From: Cenarchaeum sp.
GTDB taxonomy: Archaea; Thermoproteota; Nitrososphaeria; Nitrososphaerales; Nitrosopumilaceae
Direction of reading: 5' to 3'
NCBI GenBank assembly: GCA_965242695.1
Contig: CBDESU010000001.1
Coordinates: 352,001 to 416,000, forward strand
Length of the DNA stretch: 64,000 bases
Shown here: one piece after another, positions 48,147 through 58,920 of the stretch
Layout of the letters: each line of letters starts with the position of its first letter
Numbering within the stretch: the stretch's first letter is position 1
Program-made: the position numbers and the translations under genes
Notes under the pieces: model-generated
Seen by the model: the letters and a program-made list of their open reading frames with translations, nothing else
Told to the model about the DNA's origin: nothing
Databases searched by the model: none

Positions 48147-49610
48147 GTGGACGCCTTTGGGGACGGGCCATGCATCGTGCCGCTCGGCCTGCCGGGCGGC
48201 CCGTTTGAGGCGTACGAGTCGATCTCGCGCGCCCACACGCACTGCTTTCTGCTAGAGTCGCTGACGGGGCCGGGCGAGCTTGCCGAGACGTCCGTGATGG
48301 GGTTTGCCCCGCGCACGATAGTCAGGGGGTACCGCGACAGGGTAGAGTTCTGCGAGAGGCGCTGCGGCGGAGGCGGCGGTGGCGCCGCCAGTAGCGGCGA
48401 AGCGGACGGAGCCGCGGCGCCGTCGTACTCCTACGCCGAGCCGTCCGCCGTGCGCACGGACGATCCGATGGCCGAGCTGCGCCGCGCCGCGGCCCCGCGC
48501 ACCTCCTACTCGCGGCACAGGTACGCCGGCGGCGCAGTCGGGGTCGTAGACTACGATGCGGTCCGCCTGTTCGAGCGCGTGCCGGAGGAGGCGGGCCCCG
48601 CACAAGGCCCCCTCTTCGAGTTCGGGCTGTACGACGACGGCGTGCTGTACGACAATGCCGAGCGCCGGCTGTACTACTTTGCGTACGCCGGCCAGGAAGA
48701 GGCGGAGGGGGCAGCGGCGCGGCTGCGCGCGCAGGCCGGGTCCGCCGGGCCGCCCGGCCCGGGCGCCTTCCGGGCGGGCCCCGTGGAGGCGAGCATGGGC
48801 GAGGACGAGTTTGCGGATGCGGTCCGCAGCGCAAAGCGGCACGTGCACGCCGGCGACGCGTTCCAGGTCGTCCTGTCGCGCCGGTACGAGTTCGAGGCGC
48901 GCGGCGGCGACGACCTCGCAGTGTACGCCGCATTGCGCCGGCTCAACCCGTCGCCGTACATGTTCCACGTAAGGCAGGGGGACCGCCTTGCGGTCGGCGC
49001 CTCGCCAGAGATGCTCGTGCGCGTGACGGGGAGGGACGTGGAGACGTTTCCGATCGCGGGGACGCGGCCAGTGACGGGAGACGCGGCCGCCGACGACTCG
49101 CTCGCGCGCGAGCTGCTCGCCGACGAAAAGGAGCTCGCCGAGCACACGATGCTCGTCGACCTCGGGCGCAACGACATAGGGCGCGTGTGCGAGCACGGCT
49201 CGGTCGGGGTCGACGAGCTCATGCAGATCAGGCGGTTCAGCCACGTGCAGCACATCGTATCGCACGTGTCCGGCCGGCTGCGCGCCGGCGCCGACATGTT
49301 CGACGCGTTCGCCGCCGTGTTTCCGGCCGGGACAGTCTCGGGCGCCCCAAAGGTGCGGGCCATGGAGATAATCGACGGGCTAGAGCCGTGCGCGCGCGGG
49401 CCGTACGCCGGCGCGGTCGGGTACTTTTCGGCCAACGGCTGCTGCGACTTTGCCATCGCCATACGGGCCGTGTTCGTCGACGGGCCGCGCGGGTTCGTGC
49501 AGGCCGGCGCCGGGATCGTCTCCGACTCGGACCCGCATGCCGAGTTTGCCGAGACCGAGCACAAGGCCGGCGCGGCCCTGCAGGCCGTCAGGGAGGCGTC
49601 CGTCCAATGA
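48147..49610 (+). CDS. trpE: Anthranilate synthase component I
   Basis: FLLESL, GDAFQVVLS, NPSPYMF, GASPEML, PIAGTR, EHTMLVDLGRND, PAGTVSGAPKVRAM. GTG 48147 follows AATAAATA. Confidence 0.95.
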   Translation: MDAFGDGPCIVPLGLPGGPFEAYESISRAHTHCFLLESLTGPGELAETSVMGFAPRTIVRGYRDRVEFCERRCGGGGGGAASSGEADGAAAPSYSYAEPSAVRTDDPMAELRRAAAPRTSYSRHRYAGGAVGVVDYDAVRLFERVPEEAGPAQGPLFEFGLYDDGVLYDNAERRLYYFAYAGQEEAEGAAARLRAQAGSAGPPGPGAFRAGPVEASMGEDEFADAVRSAKRHVHAGDAFQVVLSRRYEFEARGGDDLAVYAALRRLNPSPYMFHVRQGDRLAVGASPEMLVRVTGRDVETFPIAGTRPVTGDAAADDSLARELLADEKELAEHTMLVDLGRNDIGRVCEHGSVGVDELMQIRRFSHVQHIVSHVSGRLRAGADMFDAFAAVFPAGTVSGAPKVRAMEIIDGLEPCARGPYAGAVGYFSANGCCDFAIAIRAVFVDGPRGFVQAGAGIVSDSDPHAEFAETEHKAGAALQAVREASVQ

Positions 49611-50266
49611 GGTTCCTCGTCATAGACAACTACGACTCGTTCGTGTACAACATCGCGCAGTACCTCGGCGGCCTCGGCGTCGCATGCGACGTCGTCCGAA
49701 ACGACGCCGTTACGGCGGGCGAGGCCCTGTCCGGCCGGTACGACGCGGTCGTCGTCTCGCCCGGGCCGGGATCGCCCGGCGATGCGCGCAGCTTTGGCGT
49801 GTGCGGCGACGTCATACGGGGGGCCGCATCGCGCGGCCGCCCCCCGGTGCTAGGCGTGTGCCTCGGCCACCAGGGGATCGTCGAGGCGTTCGGCGGGCGC
49901 GTCGTCAACGCCGCGCGCGTGAGGCACGGCAAGACGAGCCCCGTCCGGCACACGGGCGCGCCGCTGTTTGACGGGGTGCGCAACCCGTTCAGGGCCACCC
50001 GGTACCACTCGCTCGTCGGCGACCGCACGGTGATCCCGGGCTCGCTAGAGGTGACGGCCGTGGCCGAGGACGACTCGGAGGTAATGGCCGTGCGGCACCG
50101 CGAGCACCCGATACAGGGGGTGCAGTTCCACCCAGAGTCGATAATGACCGAGGACGGCATGCGCATACTGGCCAACTTTGTGAGGGGCGTGGGAGGCGGG
50201 GGCGGGGCGGCGCCGGGTGCGGCCGTCGTCGCCGCCGCCGATGCGGAAAGGGCGGTGGAGCGCTGA
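49607..50266 (+). CDS. trpG: Anthranilate synthase component II
   Basis: IDNYDSFVYN, SPGPG, GVCLGHQ, RYHSL, GVQFHPES. Confidence 0.96.
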   Translation: MRFLVIDNYDSFVYNIAQYLGGLGVACDVVRNDAVTAGEALSGRYDAVVVSPGPGSPGDARSFGVCGDVIRGAASRGRPPVLGVCLGHQGIVEAFGGRVVNAARVRHGKTSPVRHTGAPLFDGVRNPFRATRYHSLVGDRTVIPGSLEVTAVAEDDSEVMAVRHREHPIQGVQFHPESIMTEDGMRILANFVRGVGGGGGAAPGAAVVAAADAERAVER

Positions 50267-51411
50267 TGGCCGCCGCGACGGCCGATGCGCTCGCAAGGCT
50301 GCGAGCCGGCGGGCCGCCGCTGTCAAGGGCAGAGGCGGCCGCCGTCGCCGGCGAGATGCTCGAGGGCAGGTGCGGCGCCGGCGACTCTGGCGACCGCCTC
50401 GCCGCCGACCTCCTGCTTGAGATGGCCGGCCGCGGCGAGGCCGAGGATGAGCTGCTCGGCTTTCTCGACGCCGTCTCCTCGCGCGTGCTTGCGATCGATC
50501 TTCCAGAGCCGCCGCCGGGGTTTGGCGGCGCCGGCGCGATCGACGTGTGCGGCACGGGCGGCGACGGCATGCGGACCGTCAACGTCTCGACGGCCGCCGC
50601 GTTCGTGGCCGCCGCCGCCGGCGTGCCGGTCGCAAAGTACGGCAACCGCTCGAGCTCGGGCGGGACGGGAAGCGCCGACATCATAGAGGCGCTCGGGTTC
50701 GATCTCGGGATGGCGCCGGCCGGCGTGCCTGCCGTGTTCGCGCGCATCGGTATATGCTTCATGTTCGCGCCGGCGCACAATCCAGGCATGAGAAACGTGG
50801 CCGCGGCGCGCCGGATCGCGGCAGGCCGCACGGCGTTCAACGTCGTCGGCCCGCTGACAAACCCCGCGCGGGTGCGCCGCCAGCTCGTCGGCGTCTCCTC
50901 GCCGGGCCTACTCGAGACGGTTCCGCACCTGCTTGCCGCCCGCGGGGCCGAGCTTGCCGTGGCGGTGCGCTCGTCCGACGGAATGGACGAGCTGTCGGCG
51001 GCGGTTCCGAGCGACGTGTGCGAGGCGCGCGCCGCCCCTGGCGGCGGCGAGGGGAAGGATAGGCGGGGGGATGCGGCCGTGCGCAGGTACACAGTAGACC
51101 CGTCGTCGCTTGACCTTCGGGGGAGGGACGACGGCCGTGGCCGCGGCGCATCGGACCTGCGGACGTCCTCGGCCGCCGAGTCGCTGAAAAAGTTTGTCGC
51201 CGCGGTCGACGGGACGGCCGGAAGCACGGTGCAGGATACGGTCGAGATCAACGCTGCGGCGGCCCTGTATGCGGGCGGCGCGGCAGCCGGAATATCTGAC
51301 GGGCTTGCGTCCGCCCGCGAGGCCGTAGAGTCGGGCAGGGCATCGCGGCTGCTCGGCGAGTTCGTCTCGCTGTGCGGGATGCCCGAGCGCCTAGAGGAGG
51401 CGAGGGGATAG
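50266..51411 (+). CDS. trpD: Anthranilate phosphoribosyltransferase
   Basis: DVCGTGGDG..TVNVST, KYGNRSSS..GSADIIEALG, GPLTNP, DGMDEL. Confidence 0.95.
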   Translation: MAAATADALARLRAGGPPLSRAEAAAVAGEMLEGRCGAGDSGDRLAADLLLEMAGRGEAEDELLGFLDAVSSRVLAIDLPEPPPGFGGAGAIDVCGTGGDGMRTVNVSTAAAFVAAAAGVPVAKYGNRSSSGGTGSADIIEALGFDLGMAPAGVPAVFARIGICFMFAPAHNPGMRNVAAARRIAAGRTAFNVVGPLTNPARVRRQLVGVSSPGLLETVPHLLAARGAELAVAVRSSDGMDELSAAVPSDVCEARAAPGGGEGKDRRGDAAVRRYTVDPSSLDLRGRDDGRGRGASDLRTSSAAESLKKFVAAVDGTAGSTVQDTVEINAAAALYAGGAAAGISDGLASAREAVESGRASRLLGEFVSLCGMPERLEEARG

Positions 51412-52258
51412 TGGCCGCCGGCGGGACGGGGGACGGCAAGGCGGACGCCCGGGGCGGCGGCATGCTAGCGCGCCTCGTCGAGAACTCGCGCGCGGCCCTC
51501 AGCGAGGGCGTGTACGACGATCCGCCGCCCGGCCGGCCGTGCGGCCCGCGCGGCGCCCTGTCCGGGGCCGTCCGGCGCGCGGCCGCGTCCGGAATGGCGC
51601 CCGTGATTGCAGAGGTAAAGTTCGCATCCCCGTCGATGGGGACCATACGCGAGGGCGGCGATCCGGCGGCGATCGCCGGCGCCATGGCGGCGGGCGGCGC
51701 GTGCGCCCTGTCCGTCCTCACGCAGCCGCGCCTGTTCGGCGGCTCGCCGGGCTCGCTCGCCGCCGTGCGCGCGGCCCTGCCGGCGATGCCGATCCTCATG
51801 AAGGACATCGTAGTAGACTACAGGCAGATCGACGCGGCGCGCGCGCTCGGCGCCGACTGCGTCCTGCTCATGCAGTCGCTGTTCGACGGCGGCCACCTGT
51901 CGGGGATGGACGGCATGGTGGGCCGCGCGCACGATCTCGGCCTAGAGGTCCTGGCCGAGGCGCACACCCCGGAAGAGTTCCGGCACGCGGCCGCCTCGGG
52001 AGCCGACCTGCTCGGCATCAACAACCGCGACCTGGACACGCTAGGCGTCGACCTGGGCGCGACCGGGGCGGTCCTGGCCGGCGGGCGCGGCGCCGCTGCG
52101 GCGGGGCGCCCCGTCGTCTCCGAGAGCGGAATCTCGTCGCCGCGCGACGTTGCAAGGCTGCGCGCGGCGGGCGCTGACGCGTTCCTCGTCGGCACGGGGA
52201 TAATGTCTGCAGAGGGCGGCAACGTTGAAAAGGCCGTCGCGGGGCTGGTCGGCGCCGC

Positions 52259-52262
<4 letters not shown>
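51411..52262 (+). CDS. trpC: Indole-3-glycerol-phosphate synthase (start uncertain)
   Basis: [34 protein letters not shown]. Confidence 0.93.
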
Positions 52263-53565
<1,303 letters not shown>

Positions 53566-53569
<4 letters not shown>

Positions 53570-54408
53570 CGCGCATCTCTGACGTTTTTTCGCGCCTGCG
53601 CGGCCGCGGCGAGGCGGCCCTTGTCGCGTACATGATGGCGGGGCACCCGTCCTGGCGGGCGTCGGACGCGGTGCTGCGCGGCATGGCGTCCGGCGGCGCA
53701 GACATTGTAGAGCTGGGATTTCCGTTCTCCGACCCGCTCGCCGACGGGCCCGTGATACAGGACGCCGCGGCCCGCTCGCTGCGCGGCGGCGCGACGTTCG
53801 GCCGCTTCCTGTCGTTCGCAAGGAGGGCCCGCAGGATGACCGACGCGCCGCTCGTCCTCATGACGTACGCAAACGTGCTGCACAGGCGGGGGTTCGCCGC
53901 GGCCGTCTCCGAGGCCGCATCGGCCGGGATAGACGGCTTTGTCGTGCCCGACCTGCCCGTCGACGAGTCGGCAGAGTACCGCGATGCGGCCGCCGCCGCC
54001 GGGGCGGACACGATATTCCTGGCGTCCCCGAACACGTCGGACGAGAGGCTCGCCAGCATAGCGGACGCCTCGTCCGGCTTTCTCTACCTGGTCGCCGTGT
54101 ACGGGACGACCGGGGCAAGGCGGTCGGCGGCGCGGTACAGCCTGCAGGCGGTTCGGAGGGCGAGGAGGATCGCCGGCGCGTCGGTTCCCGTCGGGGTCGG
54201 GTTTGGCGTGTCCACGCCGGCCGACGTGTCGGCGTACGTCTCGGCCGGCGCCGACGCCGTGGTCGTCGGCAGCGCGCTCGTCGGGCTCGCGGGCAGCGCG
54301 CCGGGCGGGCGGCTGGAGCGGGACGTCTCGGCGCTGACGGCCCGGCTAAAGGGGGCGACGGCGCGCCGGCGCGGCGGCAGACAGGGGAAGCATCTGCCTG
54401 CGCGGTAG
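53566..54408 (+). CDS. trpA: Tryptophan synthase alpha chain
   Basis: [45 protein letters not shown]. Confidence 0.97.
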
Positions 54409-54457
54409 ATGCGCGCGATGCGGGCCGCCTGGCGCCCTTGCCGCCTGCCTTTCCTGC

Positions 54458-54820
54458 CTATGGGCCGCCTGGCGCCCTTGCCGCATCGTAGGCGTCCTCG
54501 AGCGCGGCCCCGACCATGTCGACTGCGTTGTTGCGGCCAAACGGCCTGCCACTCCTCTCGCATGCGCGCCTGTACATGTTGACCGCGGTAAACCGCGGGT
54601 GCATTGCCTCGTACGCGCCGCCGGGCATCTCGATGAACGCGCCGGCGGCGACAAGCGACTCGGCCACTGCCTCGGCACCGCCGCAGGGAATGCCGGCCGC
54701 CTCTGCGATCTGCGCTGCCGTCATCCGGCCGCCGGACGTCACGGCAACAAAGGCCGCGGTCTGCTCGCCGGTGAGCCCGATCTCCTCGATCAGAACGCGG
54801 CGCACTGCATCGCTGTCCAT
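54458..54820 (-). CDS. Small winged-helix (TrmB-like) hypothetical protein
   Basis: GLT...MTAAQIAEAAGI...LVAAGAFIE pattern. ATAAG lies about 25 nt upstream. Confidence 0.7.
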   Translation of the reverse strand: MDSDAVRRVLIEEIGLTGEQTAAFVAVTSGGRMTAAQIAEAAGIPCGGAEAVAESLVAAGAFIEMPGGAYEAMHPRFTAVNMYRRACERSGRPFGRNNAVDMVGAALEDAYDAARAPGGP

Positions 54821-54954
54821 GCGGAGGAGGGCGGGGCGGCCCCTTATCTTTTGTCGCCCCTCCCCCTGCGGCGCGACGGCCGCGACACCTCGCTACATGC
54901 GGCCCGGACTACCGCGCTTCGCAGGCCCTGCGGGCATTCCGATCGCCCGCGGCC

Positions 54955-55204
54955 CTGCGGCGGCAAAGGTCGAGGCCGCAGGATGCCCGTGCCCGCAAGC
55001 GCCGGCGTGGCCTATAGCGACGGACTTTGCTGTGTTCATGTTGCGCTTTCTCTAGGCATACGAGTGACAGCGTTTGTGGGGGGCGCGTGAGGGCCGCGCG
55101 TGCCTCTTGACGATCAAAGTCAACCAGAGCTCGCCCGGACTAACTGAAGCCACCTAGAGCCGCCGCTATAGGCACGCCGCCTGCCGGCTGCCCGTTGCCG
55201 CGCC
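54955..55204 (-). pseudogene. Degenerate third copy of the tRNA-like gene, interrupted at its TAG anticodon
   Basis: Gap-free alignment of gcggcggcaaaggtcgaggccgcagg...caagcgccggcgtggcc-TA to the intact copies, resuming after the insert as ggcacgccgcctgccggctgccc. Confidence 0.7.
55015..55168. mobile_element. 154-bp IS630-type MITE-like insertion
   Basis: Ends TAGCGACGG and TAGCGGCGG (inverted). TA is duplicated at 55013-14 and 55169-70, and the empty site reads CCTAGG. Confidence 0.65.
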
Positions 55205-55284
55205 GCTTTTTTTGGGACTGCCAAATGGATGGCGCGATCGCGCTCCCTTCGCAGCCTTTATCACCCCTCGCAGGGGGGTCGATT

Positions 55285-55377
55285 CGGCGACGGCGGGAGT
55301 CGAACCCGCAAGGCGCTTGGTGTCTCAAGCGCCGGCGTGGTCTGAGCACGCTGGGCTACCGATTGCCCATCGTCGCC
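55285..55377 (-). tRNA. Non-canonical tRNA-like gene, anticodon CAG (Leu codon CUG), long variable arm, G73
   Basis: GGCGACG AT GGGC-AATCGGTA-GCCC A GCGTG-CTCAGAC-CACGC C GGCGCTTG-AGACAC-CAAGCGCC TT GCGGG-TTCGACT-CCCGC CGTCGCC G. Confidence 0.85.
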
Positions 55378-55461
55378 ATTTTTATCCGAGGCTCGCATCC
55401 GCCGCGCTACGCGATCGCACCCCCTTCGCATACTTTATAACAGCCCGATTCGGGCTCGATT

Positions 55462-55554
55462 CGGCGACGGCGGGAGTCGAACCCGCAAGGCGCTTGTGGT
55501 GGCAAGCGCCGGCGTGGTCTAAGCACGCTGGGCTACCGATTGCCCATCGTCGCC
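55462..55554 (-). tRNA. Non-canonical tRNA-like gene, anticodon TAG (Leu codon CUA), long variable arm, G73
   Basis: Identical to the CAG copy except at anticodon position 34 and in the variable loop (CCACCA). Confidence 0.85.
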
Positions 55555-55574
55555 ATTTTTACTAAAAATCAATG

Positions 55575-55590
55575 CTTAATATACCTTTTA
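55575..55590 (-). promoter_or_regulatory. Candidate BRE/TATA promoter for the tRNA-like array
   Basis: The minus strand reads TAAAAGG-TATATTAAG, ending 20 nt upstream of the first tRNA base. Confidence 0.6.
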
Positions 55591-56090
55591 CCATAGCACT
55601 ATACGGTATAACTAGCATGCACGCTTTCCTGCGGGTGGCAGGCCGTCCCGCTCCATGCGCGTAGGACGCCGCGCGCGGACCGAACCTGCATAAGACGGGA
55701 GGCGACAGGGGGCGTTTTGCAGAACAGGACCTGGGCCGGCCCCTCCGGCGGCCGGGTCGCACCGGGCGCGTCGGCTTTTGGACGAAAAGCGTGCCTGCGG
55801 GCACTGCCCGGCGCGGCCGGGGGCCGCAGGGCGCCCGCCGCCTGGCGCATTTTCAGCCGCGGGGGCGCATTGGGCACCGCCGCGGCGCAACTGCCCCGGC
55901 CGCGTGGCGCGCCAGGCGCATTGTGCGCTGGCATGCCCGTCCCCGCTTCGGCGCGGCCGAGACGTGGCCGGCCGGCGCCGATGCCGCCCGAGCGTACCGG
56001 GTATCGTACCTGCGACTACGGGCGGCCGGCATGCCGCCGCCTTGGCGCCGCATGCCCTACGATTTTAAGGGCCGCCGGCGGGGGCCGCGC

Positions 56091-58100
56091 GTGCGGATAC
56101 TGCTGCTCCACTGCGACCATGCCGAGTACAGGCCGGTCAAGAAGGAGATCAACCTCGCCGAGGATGTAGAGCCGAAGGCTGACTCGATCGACGACGGGGC
56201 AGTCGCATTCGTGACCGTAGAGGCCGGCGACGACGGCGGAACGGCCGCGGCCGAGGCCGCCGCAGAGGTTGAAAAGTCGCTCGGCCGCATAGGCTGCCGC
56301 CGGCTGCTCCTGTACCCCTACGCCCACCTCGGCACGAACCTTGCGGCCCCTGCCGCCGCCCTTGCCGTCCTGCGGGACCTGGAGGAGCGCGTGCGCGCGG
56401 CCCTGTCGGCGCCGGAGAAAGGGGCCGCCGGCGGCCCGCCGGACGTGCGCCGCGCGCCGTTCGGGTGGACAAAGTCGTACAGCCTCAGCGTAAAGGCGCA
56501 CCCGCTCGCCGAGCACTCGATCTCGGTCGGAGGCGGCGGCGGGGACGGCGGCAGGGGCGCGGACGGACGATCTTCAGCCGCCGCCGGCGGCCGCCCGGGC
56601 GGGGATGCGGGGGAAAAGGCCGCCTCCGTTGCAGATGCCGCCGACAGCGTAGCGCTCCGCTCCGAGGCGCGCCTCGAGTCCGCCTGGCGCATAATGACGC
56701 CCGACGGGAGGATGCACGACGCCGAAACGTTCGACTTTTCGGGCCACGCAAACCTAGAGGTGCTCGCCAAGTACGAGGCGGCCAAGAGGCGCGCGTCCGA
56801 CGAGCCGCCGCCCCACGTGGGGCTCATGAAGCGCCTGGCAATTGCCGACTACGAGCCGGCGTCGGACCCGGGCAACATGCGCTTCTACCCGAACGGCCGC
56901 CTGATAAAGTCGCTCATCGAGCGGTACGTGACGAAGAGCGTGCGCCAGTACGGGGGCTACGAGGTCGAGACGCCCGTAATGTACGACGCGCGGCACCCGG
57001 GCATGGCTAGCTACTTTGACCGGTTCCCTGCGCGGCAGTACAACATCGGCTCGGACGACGAAGACGGCGGAGGCGGCGGCCGGCGCCTGTTCCTGAGGTT
57101 TGCCGCCTGCTTTGGGCAGTTTATGATGGCCCACGACTTTCAGATGTCGTACCGCAACCTGCCCTACCGCCTGTACGAACTGACGCGGTACAGCTTTAGG
57201 CGCGAGCAGTCGGGCGAGCTCGTCGGCCTGCGCCGCCTGCGGGCGTTCACCATGCCCGACTGCCACGCGTTCTGCCGCGACATGCCGCAGGCCATACGCG
57301 AGATGTCCAAGCGCTTCGACCTCTCGCGCGAGGTCGTGTCAGGCCTGGGCATACCCGGCGGGGCTTACGAGATGGCCGTGCGCATGACCGAGGAGTTCTA
57401 CGCCGAGCACGGCGAGGCGGTGCGCGCAATGGTCGCCAGGCACGGCCGGCCCGTCCTCGTCGAGATGTGGCGCGAGAGGTTCTTTTACTTTGTGCTAAAG
57501 TGGGAGTTCAACTACATCGACGCGGCCGGCAAGGCGTCGGCCCTGTCGACCGACCAGATCGATGTCGAGAACGGCGAGCGGTACGGCATCGAGTTCGTCG
57601 ACGAGGGCAACGAGCGCCTGCACCCGATCATCCTGCACAACTCGCCGAGCGGCGCCGTCGAGCGCGTCATGTACGCGCTGCTAGAGGAGGCAGCGGCCGC
57701 GGCCCGGCGCGGGTCAAAGCCCGAGCTGCCGCTCTGGCTCTCGCCGACGCAGGTGCGCGTCATACCCGTAAGCTCCGAGTTCGAGCAGAACGCGGTGGCG
57801 CTTGCCGGGCGCATCGGCCACCGGAAGGTGCGAGTCGACGTCGACGACCGGACCGAGACGCTCGGCAAGCGCATACGCGACGCCGAGCGCGAGTGGATAC
57901 GGTTCATACTAGTCGTCGGCAAGCGCGAGGCCGCCATGGACGGCGGCATGGTCAGCGTCAGGGACAGGCGGACGGGGCGCACGGAGGACATGCAGCTAGA
58001 CGACCTGATCGGCGCGATCGAGGGCGAGGCCGACGGCAAGCCGTTCGCCGGCCTCAACGTGCCGTTCTACCTGTCGAGGCGCCCGCAGATAATGGTGTAG
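56091..58100 (+). CDS. thrS: Threonyl-tRNA synthetase, archaeal type with N-terminal editing domain
   Basis: RILLLHCD, YPYAHL, RAPFGWTK, HPLAEHS, LRFAACFGQF, FRREQSGE, RLRAFTMPDCH, ILHNSPSGAVER. TTTTAAG upstream. Confidence 0.96.
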   Translation: MRILLLHCDHAEYRPVKKEINLAEDVEPKADSIDDGAVAFVTVEAGDDGGTAAAEAAAEVEKSLGRIGCRRLLLYPYAHLGTNLAAPAAALAVLRDLEERVRAALSAPEKGAAGGPPDVRRAPFGWTKSYSLSVKAHPLAEHSISVGGGGGDGGRGADGRSSAAAGGRPGGDAGEKAASVADAADSVALRSEARLESAWRIMTPDGRMHDAETFDFSGHANLEVLAKYEAAKRRASDEPPPHVGLMKRLAIADYEPASDPGNMRFYPNGRLIKSLIERYVTKSVRQYGGYEVETPVMYDARHPGMASYFDRFPARQYNIGSDDEDGGGGGRRLFLRFAACFGQFMMAHDFQMSYRNLPYRLYELTRYSFRREQSGELVGLRRLRAFTMPDCHAFCRDMPQAIREMSKRFDLSREVVSGLGIPGGAYEMAVRMTEEFYAEHGEAVRAMVARHGRPVLVEMWRERFFYFVLKWEFNYIDAAGKASALSTDQIDVENGERYGIEFVDEGNERLHPIILHNSPSGAVERVMYALLEEAAAAARRGSKPELPLWLSPTQVRVIPVSSEFEQNAVALAGRIGHRKVRVDVDDRTETLGKRIRDAEREWIRFILVVGKREAAMDGGMVSVRDRRTGRTEDMQLDDLIGAIEGEADGKPFAGLNVPFYLSRRPQIMV

Positions 58101-58920
58101 GACTTGGGAACCGCGCCGCGGGAACGGCTCCGAATGCGGCGCTGAGCGCCGGGGCATCCATAACGGCCGGCGCGATTGGACCGGCGCCCTGGCTGTGCCT
58201 GCAGGGCGGCCGCTGCGGCAGCGCCCGCCATGCCGGTTCCGCTTCATGCTTGGCTTGGCGAGCTGGACAACTACCGACGCGGGAGACGGCGCAGAGATGG
58301 CGACATGCAGGACAGGATGTCGACGTCAGTGGGGCGCGGGCGCGTCCAACTTTTCCTTGGACAGGGTGGCTGTGGCTGTGGCCTCATACGGCGCAAGCGC
58401 CCTGTGGGACTGGGTGCCGCCTGTCCGGTACTCGCAGTACCTGCGCAATCTGATACCATGTGCGAGCATCTTGGTCACGAAAAGGACGGATACCATGCAG
58501 GCAAAGGCGAGGCTCACATCTGTGCCAGCTGTGTGATTCCTCCAAGGGGATGTGCTATAATATACGTCCCGCCCCGTCGCAGGCACGGGAGGCAAGATGT
58601 CGTTGAGCGGTATGGGGTCACTGCGGCAGCCGAATGGCGATCGCCGGCGTAGCATACGCACCGATCCGCCTCTGTCAACCCCGTCATCCCAGCCGCCATG
58701 GGATCGTCAACGGTGATCGACGACGCGGTCGAATACTTGGCGCGGCTGGTCGGCTATGACGCCGAAGAGTGCATACAAAAGGCGATAGAAGACGGCTTGA
58801 TCGAGGTGGACAGCGAGGGCGGATGGGAGCGGGGCGACGGCGTCTTGATGTGGCCCCCCCAGATTGAGAACGATTTTGAGGTCATTTTTGGGGGGGTCTG
58901 GCGCCCGATCGCTGCCATCG

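Noticed and set aside
55285-55554. Reading the repeat pair as a CRISPR array, tRNA-Sec or tRNA-Pyl
   Set aside because: The units are 93-nt cloverleaves with a 7/5 fold, a 4-bp D-stem and CAG/TAG anticodons. They lack the 9/4 fold and UCA of tRNA-Sec and the CUA and short variable loop of tRNA-Pyl.
55655-55700. Possible fourth tRNA-like unit (ggaccgaacctgc)
   Set aside because: Only a weak T-arm resemblance, with no matching stems.
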